Shown here piece by piece: positions 29,673 through 40,403 of a stretch of DNA of 64,000 bases. The notes below the pieces were generated by a model that did no database searches, was not told where the DNA came from, and saw only the letters and a program-made list of their open reading frames with translations. The first letter of the stretch is position 1. The number at the start of each line of letters is the position of its first letter. Both the position numbers and the translations under genes were made by a program. Origin of the DNA: an uncultured bacterium (lineage in GTDB: Bacteria; Krumholzibacteriota; Krumholzibacteriia; Krumholzibacteriales; Krumholzibacteriaceae); NCBI GenBank assembly GCA_963786935.1, contig CAWBAN010000004.1, positions 64,001-128,000 on the forward strand, given 5' to 3'.

Positions 29673-30182
29673 ATGGGGTACGACATCGGGATAATCCGGC
29701 CCGCCATGCGCGAGGCGGACGTGTCGCTGCGCGGCGGCTCGACACCGGCCGCCGATCTCAAGCTCATCCGGAAGGGGCTCCTGACGCTCCACACGCTCGA
29801 GCTCATGGCGGCGAACATCTACCGGTGCCAGATCGGATCGCGCGCGACCGAGCTCGATCGCGCGCTCGTCACCGCCATGTGCAACGAGATGACGCATCAT
29901 CAGGATTTTCAGGTCAAGCTCTACGAGCACGGCTGGCGGCCGAGCCCGTTCAGGTGGGCGTACTGGATCGTCGGATGGTGTTTCGGGACTTTTTCGCGGC
30001 TCAGGGGCCCGAGGGCGATTCTGAAAACGGGCGTGTGGGTCGAGACGAAGGCCGTGCATCACTACTCGGAGCTTCTCGGCCGGATCCCGTGGGATCCCGA
30101 GACGCGCGCGATCATCGAGAAGGATCAGGCCGACGAGTACGGGCATATCGAGCGCTGGAAGGGAATGCTGCGCGGCGCCTGA
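29673..30182 (+). CDS. Coq7-like ferritin-fold di-iron protein
   Basis: E...ExxH...E...ExxH pattern (LELMA, EMTH, VETKAVHHY, DEYGH). Confidence 0.75.
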   Translation: MGYDIGIIRPAMREADVSLRGGSTPAADLKLIRKGLLTLHTLELMAANIYRCQIGSRATELDRALVTAMCNEMTHHQDFQVKLYEHGWRPSPFRWAYWIVGWCFGTFSRLRGPRAILKTGVWVETKAVHHYSELLGRIPWDPETRAIIEKDQADEYGHIERWKGMLRGA

Positions 30183-30274
30183 AGGCCGCGCGACGCCCGA
30201 AAGCCGCGCGGCGCCGTATCGCGATTTTTCAATGTGGTTCGCTGGAATCCAGTTTTCATCCGGAAGGAGGCGGT

Positions 30275-32155
30275 ATGCACAGGGGCAAGAGGAATTCGCG
30301 TCTCTTCGCGGTCGTGTTCGCGGCGCTCGCGCTGCTCGTGCTCGCGCAGGCGCAGGTGGCGGCGCAGACCCTCGAGGAGAAGGTCAAGGACTTCGACCTG
30401 AAGAACGGCATGAAGTGGCTCGTCGTCGAGCGGAACGAGGCGCCCGTCGCGTTCTGCGCCGTCGCGTTCAACGTCGGCGCGGCGAACGAGTGGCCCAACG
30501 TCACCGGCATCTCCCATATGCTCGAGCATATGATGTTCAAGGGAACGGAGATGATGGGGACGAAGAACTACAAGAAAGAGATTCCTTACATCGAGCAGAC
30601 CGATGCGCTCGGCGACAAGACGATAGCCCTGCGGAAAGAGATGGGCGAGTGGCGATTCAAGCGCTTCCAGGCCTTCGGCCGCCAGGTGATCGAATCGTTC
30701 TCCAAGGAGGAGAAGGATCGCATCGGGTCGAACAAGGACGAGCAGAACAAGCTCCTCGCCGCGAAGGTCCGCGGCATGGCGGCGCTCCCCGATTCGATCG
30801 GCGCCGTGCCGTACCTCGTGAAGGACGGCGGCGTCAATTATCTGGATAAATATCTCGAATACGAGCTCGCGTGGGGCGAGATCGCGCGTCTCCTCGACGA
30901 GCAGCGCGAGTTCATGATCAAGGAGGAGCTCTGGGGCCTCTTCATGAACAACGGCTCGCGCTTTCTCAACGCGTTCACCTCGAACGATATGACCGTGTAT
31001 CTCGAGTACCTTCCCGCGAACCGGCTCGAGCTCTTCATGCTGCTCGAATCGGACCGGATGGAAAAGCCCATATTCAGGGAGTTCTGGTCGGAGCGCGACG
31101 TCATCATGGAGGAGCGCCGTCTCAGCGAGAACGATCCTGACGAGGCGCTCGGAGAGGCGTTCTACTCCGTCGCGTTCACGGCGAGCCCCTACAAGTGGCC
31201 CGTCGTCGGCTGGATGAGCGATCTCCAGACGATCGACCGGAAGGAGCTCCAGAAATACCATGATATGAACTACGCGCCGAACAACGCCATCGGGATCGTC
31301 GTCGGCGCCGTGAACTTCGAGCAGGTGAAGAAGCTCGCCGAGAAGTACTTCGGCTCGATCCCGGCGCAGCCGGCGCCGCCGCGCCTCGAAACGCGCGAGC
31401 CGGAGCAGCGGGGGGAGCGCCGCGTCGTCCTCGAGCACACGGCGAATCCCAAGCTCATGATCGGTTTCCACAAGCCGATCTATCCGAATCCCGACGCCGA
31501 GCCGCTCGCCGTTCTCGAGAGCATTCTCGCGGGCGGGCGCACCTCGCGTCTCTACAAGACCGTCTACGAGGAGCAGCAGCTCACCGCCGAGGAGCCGCGC
31601 GTGTATGACGGCCCCGGCGAGCGGTACGACAACCTCATGGTGATCGAGGCGCTGCCGCGCGCCCCGCACACGCTCGAGGAGGTCGAGCAGTCGATCGTCG
31701 GGGAGATCGAGAAGATCAAGAAGGAGCCGGTCACCGAGCGCGAGCTCCAGCGCGTCATGAACCAGATCGACGCGAACATGACCCGCTCCCTCGGCTCGAA
31801 CCTCGGCATCGCGTTCCAGATCGCCCTCGGGCAGCTCTACTACGGCGATTATCACGCGAACTTCCGCAGCATCGAACGTATGAAGAAGGTCACGGCCGCG
31901 GACGTCCAGCGGGTCGCGAACGAGTATCTCAAGGAGAGCAACCGGACCGTCGCCTACCGCGTCCAGACGGAGAAGAAAGAGGGCGCGGAGGAGCAGATCG
32001 ACGAGCAGCTCCTCATGCAGTGGGTCCAGTCTCTTCCGCAGGAAGAGCGAATGGCGATATTCCAGAAGTTCCAGAGTCTGCGGACCGACGCTGAGCGCGA
32101 AGCATACGGCAAGGAGCTCTGGGAGCGCGCGAAGGCCGCTCAGGGCACGAAGTAA
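30275..32155 (+). CDS. M16 (pitrilysin-like) peptidase, catalytic subunit
   Basis: HMLEH inverted zincin motif, NAFTS, ERDVIMEERR; signal peptide. Confidence 0.9.
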   Translation: MHRGKRNSRLFAVVFAALALLVLAQAQVAAQTLEEKVKDFDLKNGMKWLVVERNEAPVAFCAVAFNVGAANEWPNVTGISHMLEHMMFKGTEMMGTKNYKKEIPYIEQTDALGDKTIALRKEMGEWRFKRFQAFGRQVIESFSKEEKDRIGSNKDEQNKLLAAKVRGMAALPDSIGAVPYLVKDGGVNYLDKYLEYELAWGEIARLLDEQREFMIKEELWGLFMNNGSRFLNAFTSNDMTVYLEYLPANRLELFMLLESDRMEKPIFREFWSERDVIMEERRLSENDPDEALGEAFYSVAFTASPYKWPVVGWMSDLQTIDRKELQKYHDMNYAPNNAIGIVVGAVNFEQVKKLAEKYFGSIPAQPAPPRLETREPEQRGERRVVLEHTANPKLMIGFHKPIYPNPDAEPLAVLESILAGGRTSRLYKTVYEEQQLTAEEPRVYDGPGERYDNLMVIEALPRAPHTLEEVEQSIVGEIEKIKKEPVTERELQRVMNQIDANMTRSLGSNLGIAFQIALGQLYYGDYHANFRSIERMKKVTAADVQRVANEYLKESNRTVAYRVQTEKKEGAEEQIDEQLLMQWVQSLPQEERMAIFQKFQSLRTDAEREAYGKELWERAKAAQGTK

Positions 32156-32167
32156 AGGAGAGGAGCC

Positions 32168-33586
32168 ATGCGGAGAAAAGTCTTTATCGTAATGCTGGCC
32201 GCGGTGCTCGCCGTATCGTTCGCGTCTCTCGCGTTCGCGGCGAAGCGCCAGCATCCGTCGAAGCTGAAATACGACCCGCTCAAGGTGACGACGCCGGCGG
32301 CCGTGGAGCTCGCGCTCCCGAGCGGGCTCACGGGATTCTTCATCGAGGATCACGAGATTCCCGTCGTCGACATCGTGCTCGCCGTGAGGACGTATTATCC
32401 CGAGAAGGGCAAGTACGGCCTCAACGAGATGGCGCAGTGGGTGATCCGGAACGGCGGCACGGAGAAATGGCCGGCCGACAAGCTCAACGACGAGCTCGAG
32501 TTCCTCGCCGCGAACATCGAGGTCTACGGCGGCAACCTGAGCACGATGTTCGCCGTCAACTGTCTCAAGAAGGACCTGCCGCGCGTGCTCGAGATCTTCG
32601 GAGACCTCGTCATGAATCCGGCGCTGCCCGGCGACAAGGTCGACATGAAGCGCAAGACGATGCTCGAGGACATCCGGCGCAAGAACGACGAGCCGAACGC
32701 GGTCGTGCGCCGCGAGTTCGCGAAGCTCGTGTACGGCGACCACCCGTACGCCTGGGAGTCGTCGACGCCGAGCGTGAACGCGATCACGCGCGACGACCTC
32801 GTCGCGTTCCATTCGACGTATTTCCATCCGGGGAACGCGATCATCGGGATCAGCGGCGACGTGACGAAGGACGAGATCGTCGGGATGCTCGACCAGGCGT
32901 TCGCCGGATGGCGGAAAGCCGACGTGACGATTCCGAAGGTGCCCGATATCGCGGCGGCGCCCGCGGCGAGCGTCAACTACGCCTTCATGGACATCAACCA
33001 GGCGTATCTCTCGATCGGTCATCTCGGCATCAACGCGAACAACCCCGACCGATGCGCGGTCAACATCATGAACTTCATCCTCGGCGGGGGGAGCTTCACG
33101 TCGTGGATCACGGAGCAGGTCCGCAGCGACGAGGGGCTCGCGTACTCGGCCGGATCGCGCTACTCGTCCGACGCGTTCCAACTGGGAACGTTCAGCGCGT
33201 ACGCGCAGACCAAGGCGGACGCGTGCAGCCGCGCGACGGGGATCATCATCGAGCAGATCAAGAAGATGCGGGACGTGGGCCCCACGGCCGATGAGGTCAA
33301 GAGCGCGGTCGATTCGTACGTCAACAGCCAGGTGTTCGACAACGAATCGAAGTCGCAGGTCGTGCGCCGTCTCGTGCAGCTCAAGTTCGAGGGGCGCCCG
33401 CTCGATACGCCGGAGCAGGACATGCTCAAGTACGCGCAGATCACCGCCGCCGACGTGAAGGCGGCCGCGCAGAAATATCTCATGCCCGACAAGCTCACGC
33501 TGCTCGTCGTCGGGGACGCGAAGCTGTTCGACCGTCCGCTGAGCGACTTCGGCGCGGTGAACGAGATCAAGCTCGAGAAGGAGTGA
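32168..33586 (+). CDS. M16 peptidase, non-catalytic subunit
   Basis: No HxxEH; LGGGSFTS and VRSDEGLAYS motifs. Confidence 0.88.
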   Translation: MRRKVFIVMLAAVLAVSFASLAFAAKRQHPSKLKYDPLKVTTPAAVELALPSGLTGFFIEDHEIPVVDIVLAVRTYYPEKGKYGLNEMAQWVIRNGGTEKWPADKLNDELEFLAANIEVYGGNLSTMFAVNCLKKDLPRVLEIFGDLVMNPALPGDKVDMKRKTMLEDIRRKNDEPNAVVRREFAKLVYGDHPYAWESSTPSVNAITRDDLVAFHSTYFHPGNAIIGISGDVTKDEIVGMLDQAFAGWRKADVTIPKVPDIAAAPAASVNYAFMDINQAYLSIGHLGINANNPDRCAVNIMNFILGGGSFTSWITEQVRSDEGLAYSAGSRYSSDAFQLGTFSAYAQTKADACSRATGIIIEQIKKMRDVGPTADEVKSAVDSYVNSQVFDNESKSQVVRRLVQLKFEGRPLDTPEQDMLKYAQITAADVKAAAQKYLMPDKLTLLVVGDAKLFDRPLSDFGAVNEIKLEKE

Positions 33587-33595
33587 CGTTCGCCC

Positions 33596-34867
33596 ATGCG
33601 CGACGTCGTCGCATTGATCCTGGGAGGGGGAAGGGGCACGAGGCTCTTCCCCCTCACGAAAACGCGGTCGAAGCCCGCGGTGCCGCTCGCCGGCAACTAC
33701 CGGCTCATCGACGTCACCGTGTCGAACTGCATCAACTCGAAGATCGACCGGATCTACGTCCTCACGCAGTTCAACTCGGCCTCGCTCAACCAGCACATCT
33801 CGAAGACGTACCGCTTCGACACCTTCTCGAGCGGCTTCGTCGAGGTGTTCGCGGCCGAGCAGACGCCGTCGTCGCTCGATTGGTTCCAGGGCACGGCGGA
33901 CGCGGTCCGCAAGGTGTTCCCGCACGTCGCCAACTTCGCGCCGCGCGACGTGCTCATCCTGTCGGGAGACCATCTTTACCGCATGGACTACGTCGACTTC
34001 ATCGCGCGGCATCGGATGCACGGCTCGGACATCACCGTCGCGGCGAAGGCGATTCCTCCGAACCGCGCCCACGAGCTCGGGGTACTGCACGCCGACGGAA
34101 AGGGGCGCATCGTCGAGTTCCGCGAGAAGCCGAAGGGGAAGCTCCTCGCCGACATGCGCACGAACACGAAGACGCTCGGGCTTCAGGCGACCGACGCGAA
34201 GCGCCGGCCCTACCTCGGATCGATGGGGGTGTACCTCTTCAAGTTCGAGGCGCTCCGCGACGTGCTCGAGCGCGACCCGCGCATGATCGACATCGCCAAG
34301 GAGGTCATCCCGGACGCGCTCACGAGGCTCAAGGTGCAGGCGTACCTTTTCGACGACTACTGGGAGGACATCGGCACGATCCCGACGTTCTACCGGGCGC
34401 ATATGGATCTGCTCGCGCCGCTCCCGCCGTTCAACCTCTTCGACGAGCGGCGCCCGCTCTACACGCACTACCGGTTCCTTCCGGGTCCGAAGGTCAACGA
34501 CGGCCGCATCGAGCGGTCGATTCTCAACAGCGGCTGCATCATCGAGCGGGCGACGATCAGGCGGTCGATCGTCGGGGTCCGGACGCGGGTCGGGGAGGGC
34601 TCGACGATCGAGGATTCGATCGTCATGGGCGCCGATTTCTACGAGCTTCCCTGGGAGCAGGGGGAGCAGCTTCCGCTCGGGATCGGGAGGCGGAGCGTCG
34701 TCCGGCGCGCGATCGTCGACAAGAACGCCCGCATCGGAAACCGCGTCACCCTCACGAACAAGCGGGGCATCGAGAACTACGACGATCCCGGCGAGCGATA
34801 CTACATCCGGAGCGGGATCATCGTCGTGCCGAAGGGCGCCACGATCGAGGACGGGACGGAAGTCTAG
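33596..34867 (+). CDS. glgC: Glucose-1-phosphate adenylyltransferase
   Basis: GGGRGTRLFPLT, KPAVP, WFQGTADAV, SGDHLY, YWEDIGT. Confidence 0.96.
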   Translation: MRDVVALILGGGRGTRLFPLTKTRSKPAVPLAGNYRLIDVTVSNCINSKIDRIYVLTQFNSASLNQHISKTYRFDTFSSGFVEVFAAEQTPSSLDWFQGTADAVRKVFPHVANFAPRDVLILSGDHLYRMDYVDFIARHRMHGSDITVAAKAIPPNRAHELGVLHADGKGRIVEFREKPKGKLLADMRTNTKTLGLQATDAKRRPYLGSMGVYLFKFEALRDVLERDPRMIDIAKEVIPDALTRLKVQAYLFDDYWEDIGTIPTFYRAHMDLLAPLPPFNLFDERRPLYTHYRFLPGPKVNDGRIERSILNSGCIIERATIRRSIVGVRTRVGEGSTIEDSIVMGADFYELPWEQGEQLPLGIGRRSVVRRAIVDKNARIGNRVTLTNKRGIENYDDPGERYYIRSGIIVVPKGATIEDGTEV

Positions 34868-34886
34868 GGGCGGGGGGAAAAAAGAG

Positions 34887-34916
34887 GAGTCCCGAACCCT
34901 CGCGGATTCGGGACTC
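34887..34916. terminator. Hairpin between convergent genes
   Basis: GAGTCCCGAA...TTCGGGACTC with an adjacent A-tract. Confidence 0.65.
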
Positions 34917-34968
34917 GGTGGGATCTCCGCCACCGGGCGCGTCGCGCCCCGCCGCTTCAATCACTGAC

Positions 34969-35547
34969 TCAGAACTTCGCCTTGATATCGCTCCAGCTGC
35001 TGTTCTCCGTGCCGAGCACGCAGTCGTGAATGATCATGCCGTTCGTGATGATGAAGTTGCATCCCATGACATCGACCGAAACCCACTCGGGGTTGTACGG
35101 CCATATCGTGAAGTCCTGGGAGAAATGCTGAACGACGGGAAACGTGCCGCACTGGTACATGATGGTGGCGCGCTGGATCATCATCGCTTCATCGACGCCC
35201 GGAAGCGGCGGCTGGTTGGCGCCGTATCCGAGGGCCGACCACTCGGGCGTCGACCAGTTGAGGGCGACGGTGATGTTGGTCGTGCAGGTCGGATTGTAGG
35301 CGACCCAGTCGAACTCGATGTGAATGATCTTGCCGCGCATCGGATCGAACGGATGATCGTAGAACCACTGATTGATCCACATGGAGGGGTATACGAACCA
35401 CTCGCCGCCGTTGAAGCCGCTGCCGCCGCCCGCGAGGACGTTGCCGGCTCCGACGGTGATGTAGAAGCTGTCGTTTCTCACCTGGGCGGATGCCGAAACG
35501 GCGAATGCCAGCATCGCCAGGACGAGGATGATGGCGCATTTTTTCAT
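34969..35547 (-). CDS. Secreted hypothetical protein with a C-terminal W[GS]xIK motif
   Basis: Signal peptide MKKCAII...SASA; AGGAGG SD; ends GTENSSWSDIKAKF. Confidence 0.8.
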   Translation of the reverse strand: MKKCAIILVLAMLAFAVSASAQVRNDSFYITVGAGNVLAGGGSGFNGGEWFVYPSMWINQWFYDHPFDPMRGKIIHIEFDWVAYNPTCTTNITVALNWSTPEWSALGYGANQPPLPGVDEAMMIQRATIMYQCGTFPVVQHFSQDFTIWPYNPEWVSVDVMGCNFIITNGMIIHDCVLGTENSSWSDIKAKF

Positions 35548-35751
35548 AATGGGGGTCCTCCTGTTGCTTGCCTGCATAGTTGCGCTCGCGGAATCCCCGC
35601 CGGAGAAGCTCGGGCCAAGTCTTTCCGGGTGCGGATCCATGGAGCTCCTGATGACATAAACGAATTAGTCGCAGTCGGTTATGCGCCAACCTCCTTTCGA
35701 GCCCGTATGTCCCCTCCGGATTTTGTCTGAGAATCAGGTATTGAGGCGGCC

Positions 35752-35780
35752 ATTATACCAGAATCGATGGGCGGATTCAA
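35752..35780 (-). promoter_or_regulatory. Sigma70 promoter
   Basis: TTGAAT-17-TATAAT with extended TG. Confidence 0.6.
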
Positions 35781-35809
35781 CCCTAAACGGCAGGACCCGC
35801 GCCCGCGCG

Positions 35810-36286
35810 CTAGAGGTCGATTTCGAAGAAGCGCTCGACGCTCGTGGGATTCGTGGGGTCGATGGCGCGCGTTTGGGAACCGGGGCGGAAACCTTTCTTG
35901 AGGTAGAGCGTGTGCGCGGCCGTGAGGAGCACGTCGGACCAGAGACACATTCTCCTGAATCCGTGCGCGATCGCCCACCCGTGCGCCGTGGCGAGGAGGC
36001 GCGTCGCGAGGCCGCGGCGCCGGTACGCGTGTCCCACGTAGAGCCGCTTGAGCTCGCACTCGTCGCCGCCGTGCGGAAGAACGCCGACGCAGCCCGCGAC
36101 GCGGCCGCCGTCATCCGCGACCCAGAACTCGCCTCCCGCGTCCTGATACGTGGACTGCGCGTCGACGAGATCCGCCTCGAAATGGTCGAAGTCGATTATA
36201 TAGTTGTAGTCGTCGTACACCGACTTGATGATGGCGAGCACGCCGGGCTTGTCCTCGGGTTGGAAGGGGCGGATGACGAGAGTCAT
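35810..36286 (-). CDS. GNAT acetyltransferase
   Basis: ELKRLYV, RRRGLA, LYLKKGF motifs. Confidence 0.88.
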   Translation of the reverse strand: MTLVIRPFQPEDKPGVLAIIKSVYDDYNYIIDFDHFEADLVDAQSTYQDAGGEFWVADDGGRVAGCVGVLPHGGDECELKRLYVGHAYRRRGLATRLLATAHGWAIAHGFRRMCLWSDVLLTAAHTLYLKKGFRPGSQTRAIDPTNPTSVERFFEIDL

Positions 36287-38021
36287 TTCTCGCCGGCCCC
36301 GCGGTAGCGGTTGGTGATGGGGAGCCTCCGGTCGCGGCCGAAGGCCTTGGGCGTGATCTTGATTCCCGGCGCGCCCTGCCGCCGTTTGTATTCGCTCGCA
36401 TCGATCATCCGGATCGTCCGTTTCACAGCGCCGGGTCGAGCCCGCGCGCGGCGATCTCCTCGAATCCCATGTCGCGCTCGACGTACATCTCGATGATCCG
36501 GTCGAGCACCGGATACGGCGGGAGGGTGTCCTGGTCGAATTGCCCGGGGCGCAGCTCCGCCGTCGGTCGGCGGCGGAGAATGGAACTCGGGATGACCGGC
36601 GAACGGCCGCGCCCGTTGCGCCACCGGCAGAGCGGATAGACGAGCGTCTTCGGGACGTCCTTGATCACGGCGAATCCCCCCGCCATGTCGCCGTAGAGCG
36701 TGCAGTAGCCCACGGCGAGCTCGCTCTTGTTGCCGGTGGTGAGCACGAGCCAGCCGAACTTGTTCGAGAGCGCCATGAGGACGTTGCCCCGGGCGCGCGC
36801 CTGGAAATTCTCCTCGGTCACGCCGGGAGGGCGCCCCCTGAACGCGGCGCGCGTGGCGGCGAGGTACGATTCGTAGATATCCGTGATCGGGATCTCGATG
36901 GCGCGCATGCGGAGGTTCCGGCAGACGAGGCGCGCGTCGCGGAGCGTCTCGTGCGAGGTGTATGCCGAGGGCATCGTGACGCCGACCGCGCGGCCGGCGC
37001 CGAGCGCGTCGACCGCGATCGCGGCGACGAGGGCCGAGTCGATCCCGCCGCTCATTCCGAGCACGACCTTCGAGAAGCCGTTCTTGTCCACGTAATCGTG
37101 CGTGCCGAGGACGAGGGCGCGGTACACCTCCTCGATCGCGTCGAGGTGCGCGGCGCAGCGGGGCCGGACCGTGCGCTTCCGCCGCGGGGCGGGGAGCGCC
37201 GGGCAATCGACGATCTCGACCCGCTTGTGGACGCCCGAGAAGGGATGCGGGAGCTCGGCCCGTCCGGGGTCGGCCGCGGCCGTGTCGATGTCCGCGACGA
37301 GGAGATCCTCCTCGAAGGCCGCGCCCCGCGCGACCGTCTTTCCGTCGGGGGAGACGATCACGCTGCACCCGTCGAAGACGAGCTCGTCCTGGCCGCCGAC
37401 GAGGTTGACGTAGCAGAGCCAGCAGCCGTTCTCGCGGGCGCGGCGCTGCATGAGCTTCTCGCGTTCGGGGCCCTTGCGGCGGTGATACGGCGAGGCGGAA
37501 ATGTTGATGACGACGCGCGCGCCGCCGAGGAGCGCCTGCGAGGCGGTCGGGCCGTCGTCCACCCAGACGTCCTCGCAGATGCTCAAGCCAATGGGCTCGC
37601 CGTCGAAGCTCGCGACGACCGCGTTCTCGCCCGGCTCGAAGTACCGCTTCTCGTCGAAGACCCCGTAGTTCGGCAGGTTGAGCTTGCGGTACGTCGCGGC
37701 GACCTTCCCGTCCATGAGGACGTGGCAGGCGTTGTGCGGACGAGCGCCGGGACGCGCCGGCGGCTCGGGGGCGCCGGCGAGAAGGACGATTCCCTTCGCC
37801 TCGCGGGCGGCTGCGCGGACGGCGGCGGCGCAATCCTTGAGAAACCGCGGCTTGAGGAGAAGATCCTCGGGCGGGTAACCGCACAGCACGAGCTCGGGGA
37901 ACGCGACGATCTGCGCGCCGCGCCGCTTCGCCTCGGCCGTCATGCGGCGGACGGCCGCGACGTTGCCGGCGAAATCCCCCACGGTCGGATTGATCTGGGC
38001 GAGCGCGATCCGGATCTTCAT
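36283..38021 (-). CDS. nadE: Glutamine-dependent NAD+ synthetase; one-base frameshift at about 36426
   Basis: [33 protein letters not shown]-terminal SEYKRRQ...PITNRY lies in another frame. Confidence 0.92.
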
Positions 38022-38124
38022 GGAGCCGATTCTACCACGGCGGAGCCGCGCCGAAAAGCCCTAACGAAACCGCCGTCAGGAGAGGCGCAATGGACGGCGC
38101 GCGAAAGGCCCGCGAGAGAACCGG

Positions 38125-38709
38125 CTATTTGTAGAGCTCCTTGATGGCGCCCCACGTCGTTTCCTCGACGCCCAACGGGCCGAACGGCTCGAGCGGCGAG
38201 TAGCAGCCGCCGTTGAACACGAACGCGCCGCCGGGGAGGGCGATGTAGATGGGAGCCCCCTCGATACATTCGGTTATGACGATGGCGTGCTGCGGCACCT
38301 GCTCGGGATCCGCAACGACCGCGACGGTGAACGTATCCGGGTCGGAGACGTTCATGACCGGAATCGTACCCAGCGATACGTAGTCCGCGTCCGGGAAGCA
38401 CTCCGGCGAGACGAGGGAGATCCCCGTTTCGACCGAGCCGAATATCAGGATAATGCTCGACGGCCATGTCTGCGGCAGGATGGCGGAGCCGGAGCTCGAT
38501 TTCAGCAGCTTGAATTCGTACCCCTGGCCCATGCGGGGGCCTTCGCCGCGCACGTAGTAGAGGTAGAGATTGCCGATCGCCCCTATCCCTACGTCCATAT
38601 GGCATTCATTGTGTTCCGTATCCGAGAAGAGAGCGAGCATTCCCTGCTGGGCGTTCGCGCCGGCGGCGAGACACGCCACGAGAACGATAGACAGAAGCAG
38701 ACGTTTCAT
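38125..38709 (-). CDS. Secreted hypothetical protein with a C-terminal W[GS]xIK motif
   Basis: Signal peptide, GGAGGT SD, TTGACC-18-TATAAT upstream; ends GVEETTWGAIKELYK. Confidence 0.8.
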   Translation of the reverse strand: MKRLLLSIVLVACLAAGANAQQGMLALFSDTEHNECHMDVGIGAIGNLYLYYVRGEGPRMGQGYEFKLLKSSSGSAILPQTWPSSIILIFGSVETGISLVSPECFPDADYVSLGTIPVMNVSDPDTFTVAVVADPEQVPQHAIVITECIEGAPIYIALPGGAFVFNGGCYSPLEPFGPLGVEETTWGAIKELYK

Positions 38710-38952
38710 CGTGCACCTCCATACCCCGAGGATTCCCCGCATATGGCCTTTTATAGTGAAATCTCGAGCATATTATACGCCCTCCGGCGCCCTCGGGTCA
38801 ATCTCGAAGGGCTCCGGGGCTGGAGCATCCGGAACGGGGCGGGCGCGACCCGAGGCCCCGCCGGAGGCCTCCTAAAAAGCCGTGAAACTATGTTCCTTCC
38901 GCGGCGTACTACAGATAGATGGTTTATGATGCAGCCGGAAAGGAGCCGGGCT

Positions 38953-40206
38953 ATGAAAAGGACTTTGATCATTTCATTAATTCTTTTAATCGCAGCGATC
39001 TACCAGCCGCAAGCGCTTCGTGCCGATTACAGCCGGACGATCGAGAAAAGCTTCGCCGTCCCGATGGGGGGCAGGCTCGTGCTCGACCTGAACGCCGGAG
39101 GCGGCGTGGAAATCAAGGGGTGGAGCAAGGCGGAGGTCGCGGTCAGGGTCGATATCGGCGGGAACGACGCGGAGCGGGTCGGCGTCGAGTTCGAGCCGGG
39201 CCCCTCGGGCCTGACCGTCATTTCCGAATGCAAGAAGCGGCATCATGCCCGCTACGATGTGGATTACCGCATCATGGTGCCGGCGCGCTGTGACGTGAAA
39301 ATCGAATCGAACGGCGGCGAGGTGACGATCGAAGGCGTCGAGGGAGATCTGAGTGGCCAGACGATGGGCGGAGCGCTCGATCTGACCCGCGTCAAGGGGG
39401 ACATCGACCTCGAGACGATGGGCGGCTCGGTGCGTGTCGAGGACTCGGAAGCGGATGGCAAGGTGCATACGATGGGCGGCGAGGTGGTTATCCGCAACGT
39501 GAAGGGGAACCTCAAGGGTTCGACGATGGGCGGGGCGGTGACCTACGACAACGTGACCGGGCGCTCCGCCTCTTCCGCGGACGACGACGAGATGGACGTG
39601 TCAACCATGGGCGGCGACATCACGATCACGAGCACCGACAGGAAGGTCAAGGCGAATACGCTCGGCGGGGACATCGAGATCGAGAAGGCGGAAGAGGTCA
39701 ACGTGACGACGATGGGAGGGGATATCGACATCGACGATGCCCCCGCCGGCGCGAAGGTCTCGACGATGGGCGGGGACGTCACGATCCTGAAGGCGGGGAA
39801 GTATGTCGCCGCCAAAACGATGGGCGGCGACATCCGGATCGAGGCGATCGACGGCGAGATCGACGCGTCGACGATGGGCGGGGATATCGAGGCCGTGATG
39901 GTCGGCGATCCGGCGACGGGAGACCGCGACGTCGATCTGTCGTCCATGGGCGGGGACATCGAGATCACCGTGCCCGCGGGGCTCTCGATGAAGTTCGATC
40001 TCGAGATCGAGTACACGAAGAAGCACCACAGGAAATGCCGGATCGAGGGCGACTTTCCGGTGAAGATCGAGGAGAGCGCCGACTGGGAGCACAACTTCAT
40101 AGGTCAGGCCCACAAGCACATCTATGGAACGGGCGAGGTCGGCGGCGGCAAACATCTGATCAAGATCAAGACGCGCAACGGCCATATCGCGATCAGAAAG
40201 GGATAG
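38953..40206 (+). CDS. DUF4097 beta-strand repeat (adhesin-like) protein
   Basis: Signal peptide; about 11 TMGG-type repeats. Confidence 0.85.
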   Translation: MKRTLIISLILLIAAIYQPQALRADYSRTIEKSFAVPMGGRLVLDLNAGGGVEIKGWSKAEVAVRVDIGGNDAERVGVEFEPGPSGLTVISECKKRHHARYDVDYRIMVPARCDVKIESNGGEVTIEGVEGDLSGQTMGGALDLTRVKGDIDLETMGGSVRVEDSEADGKVHTMGGEVVIRNVKGNLKGSTMGGAVTYDNVTGRSASSADDDEMDVSTMGGDITITSTDRKVKANTLGGDIEIEKAEEVNVTTMGGDIDIDDAPAGAKVSTMGGDVTILKAGKYVAAKTMGGDIRIEAIDGEIDASTMGGDIEAVMVGDPATGDRDVDLSSMGGDIEITVPAGLSMKFDLEIEYTKKHHRKCRIEGDFPVKIEESADWEHNFIGQAHKHIYGTGEVGGGKHLIKIKTRNGHIAIRKG

Positions 40207-40321
40207 CGGCGATGAGCGAGGCGCCCTGCCGCGCGAGCGCCTCGCACCCCGTTCGATTCAATCCTTCCCGGAAATCCTGCCGCACAATCGGCGAGCGGCC
40301 CCGCCCGCGAGAAAATAATTG

Positions 40322-40350
40322 TTGACATAATCGGCATTTTGCTGGACAAT
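40322..40350 (+). promoter_or_regulatory. Sigma70 promoter
   Basis: TTGACA-17-GACAAT. Confidence 0.55.
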
Positions 40351-40403
40351 ATTCTCCGATTCGGCCCCTTATACTAATAATTATTTGCGGCGGTGACGAT
40401 CCC

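Noticed and set aside
30125..34960. 1611-aa minus-strand ORF and other long antisense or alternate-frame ORFs (e.g. 56317-59376, 1252-3147)
   Set aside because: These are shadow ORFs of real genes in high-GC DNA and carry no recognisable motifs.
36423..36430. TGA in nadE as selenocysteine or read-through
   Set aside because: The conserved C-terminus continues in a different frame, so this is an indel rather than recoding.
39360..39960. Recurrent ACGATGGGCGG as a CRISPR-like array
   Set aside because: These are in-frame TMGG repeats of a DUF4097 protein, too short and degenerate for CRISPR, and no cas genes are present.
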